A stretch of DNA of 64,000 bases from Acidimicrobiales bacterium (GTDB lineage Bacteria; Actinomycetota; Acidimicrobiia; Acidimicrobiales; JAJPHD01). The stretch spans positions 118 through 64,117 of the forward strand of contig JAVKSL010000009.1 in assembly GCA_039583695.1 (NCBI GenBank), in the 5' to 3' direction. A program made the translations under genes and the position numbers. The number at the start of each line of letters is the position of its first letter. Position 1 is the stretch's first letter. Positions 63,190-64,000 of this stretch are shown here, piece after piece. The notes under the pieces are model-generated. The model did no database searches and was not told the DNA's origin. It saw nothing but the letters and a program-made list of their open reading frames with translations.

Positions 63190-63951
63190 GTGTCCCTTGA
63201 TACCCCCTTGGAGCTTGCCCCCCCGAGGCGGGCTGGGCCGCAAATTGGCCCAGTACTTGGGCTCCTCGGCTGGGTCCTCCTCCTGGGCGGCCTGCTCGGC
63301 GGCCTGCACCTGCTGGGTCGCGGGGCTCTTGCCATGCCTCCCCTGATGCACCCATCGCGCTGGCCGAGATGGGCGATCGAGCGAGGAGCGCTTACAGCCG
63401 CATTCGCCCTCTTGCGCTGCGGCGCTGAGCTGGTGGCCGCCTACCTGCTCCTCACGACCCTGGGCGGCCTGGGCGCCCGCCTCGCGGGACTGGCACGGGC
63501 CGCGCGCGTGCTCGACAGGCTCAGCCTGCCTGCGCTGAGCAAGCTGCTCAGCGCAGTGGCCGGCGTCTCGCTTGCCACTGCGCTGAGCGCGGGGCCCGTG
63601 ACCGAAGCAGCCTGGGGCGCGCCCGCGGCCCAGGCTGCGCCCGCCAACTGGTCCATCCCCCTCATGCGGGTGGTCGGGGCGGGCGCACCGCCCCGAGCAT
63701 TCACACCGGCCCGGGCTGCCGCCCAGCGCAAGTCAACCGCCCCTGCGCGCACCTGGACGGTATCGCCGGGCGACAACCTTTGGAGCATCGCGGCGACGAC
63801 CCTTGCGGACCGCCGACACCGACCACCAACCGACGCCGAAGTAGCCGTCTATTGGCAACGACTCATAGCGGAGAACCGGACCCGTTTAGCGAGCCCGGAG
63901 GTACCAGAGCTGATCTTTGCCGGCCAGGTGTTCGTCCTTCCGCCCATCTGA
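63190..63951 (+). CDS. membrane-anchored protein with C-terminal LysM domain
   Basis: GTG 63190 preceded by aaaggag. Two or three TM helices. C-terminus TWTVSPGDNLWSIAATTL....IFAGQVFVLPP is LysM-like. Confidence 0.65.
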   Translation: MSLDTPLELAPPRRAGPQIGPVLGLLGWVLLLGGLLGGLHLLGRGALAMPPLMHPSRWPRWAIERGALTAAFALLRCGAELVAAYLLLTTLGGLGARLAGLARAARVLDRLSLPALSKLLSAVAGVSLATALSAGPVTEAAWGAPAAQAAPANWSIPLMRVVGAGAPPRAFTPARAAAQRKSTAPARTWTVSPGDNLWSIAATTLADRRHRPPTDAEVAVYWQRLIAENRTRLASPEVPELIFAGQVFVLPPI

Positions 63952-64000
63952 GGAGCCGCTAGGACCCGCCGGTCCGTCAGACTACGCGTACGTTCTGCGC

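Noticed and set aside
1-64000. tRNA, rRNA, tmRNA, transposase, integrase or phage structural genes.
   Set aside because: Intergenic regions were read by eye and none shows a cloverleaf-like or rRNA-like sequence. No ORF translation shows DDE, tyrosine-recombinase (R..HxxR..Y) or serine-recombinase signatures. This is a visual check only and should be confirmed with tRNAscan-SE, Infernal and HMM searches.

Overview
High-GC, actinobacterial-type chromosomal window that is almost fully coding. All calls come from reading the sequence and ORF translations and from recalled family motifs. No searches were run, and start codons are approximate.

Backbone genes:
- A long minus-strand housekeeping block: mutM, rnc, acp, plsX, rpmF, yceD, a sepIVA-like gene, coaD, rsmD, recG and yloV.
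- rpmB, a zinc-ribbon protein, a class A PBP and tyrS.
- Moco genes moaA, moeA and a mobA fusion.
- galU, an FmdB zinc-ribbon protein and a TldD/PmbA pair.
- Carotenoid genes crtYc, crtYd and crtZ.
- A GT87 glycosyltransferase, acyl-CoA carboxylase beta and epsilon subunits, and pirin.
- Lineage markers: three F420-type PPOX paralogs, a mycothiol-type DinB enzyme and a SepIVA-like protein.

Accessory content:
1. Bases 1-3543 carry three adjacent type II TA modules (VapBC, MazEF, and YefM-RelE with relE frameshifted) plus two gene remnants.
2. A 3.9-kb ABC-importer cassette without ATPase genes sits between crtYd and crtZ. It is bounded by a perfect 57-bp direct repeat.
3. A roughly 17-kb segment (41.1-58.2 kb) is full of TA modules, MerR/MarR/ArsR regulators and about ten truncated or frameshifted genes. 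It is bracketed by a diverged ~600-bp direct repeat made of the promoter region and first ~160 codons of a Tad/CpaF ATPase gene.
4. The downstream repeat copy heads an apparently intact Tad-like locus (cpaF, tadB, tadC, an flp-like gene, three tadE-like genes and a LysM protein) that runs to the window end.

Several housekeeping genes (rnc, PBP, galU, fmdB) end in in-frame tandem DNA repeats. No rRNA, tRNA, CRISPR array, transposase or integrase was recognised.
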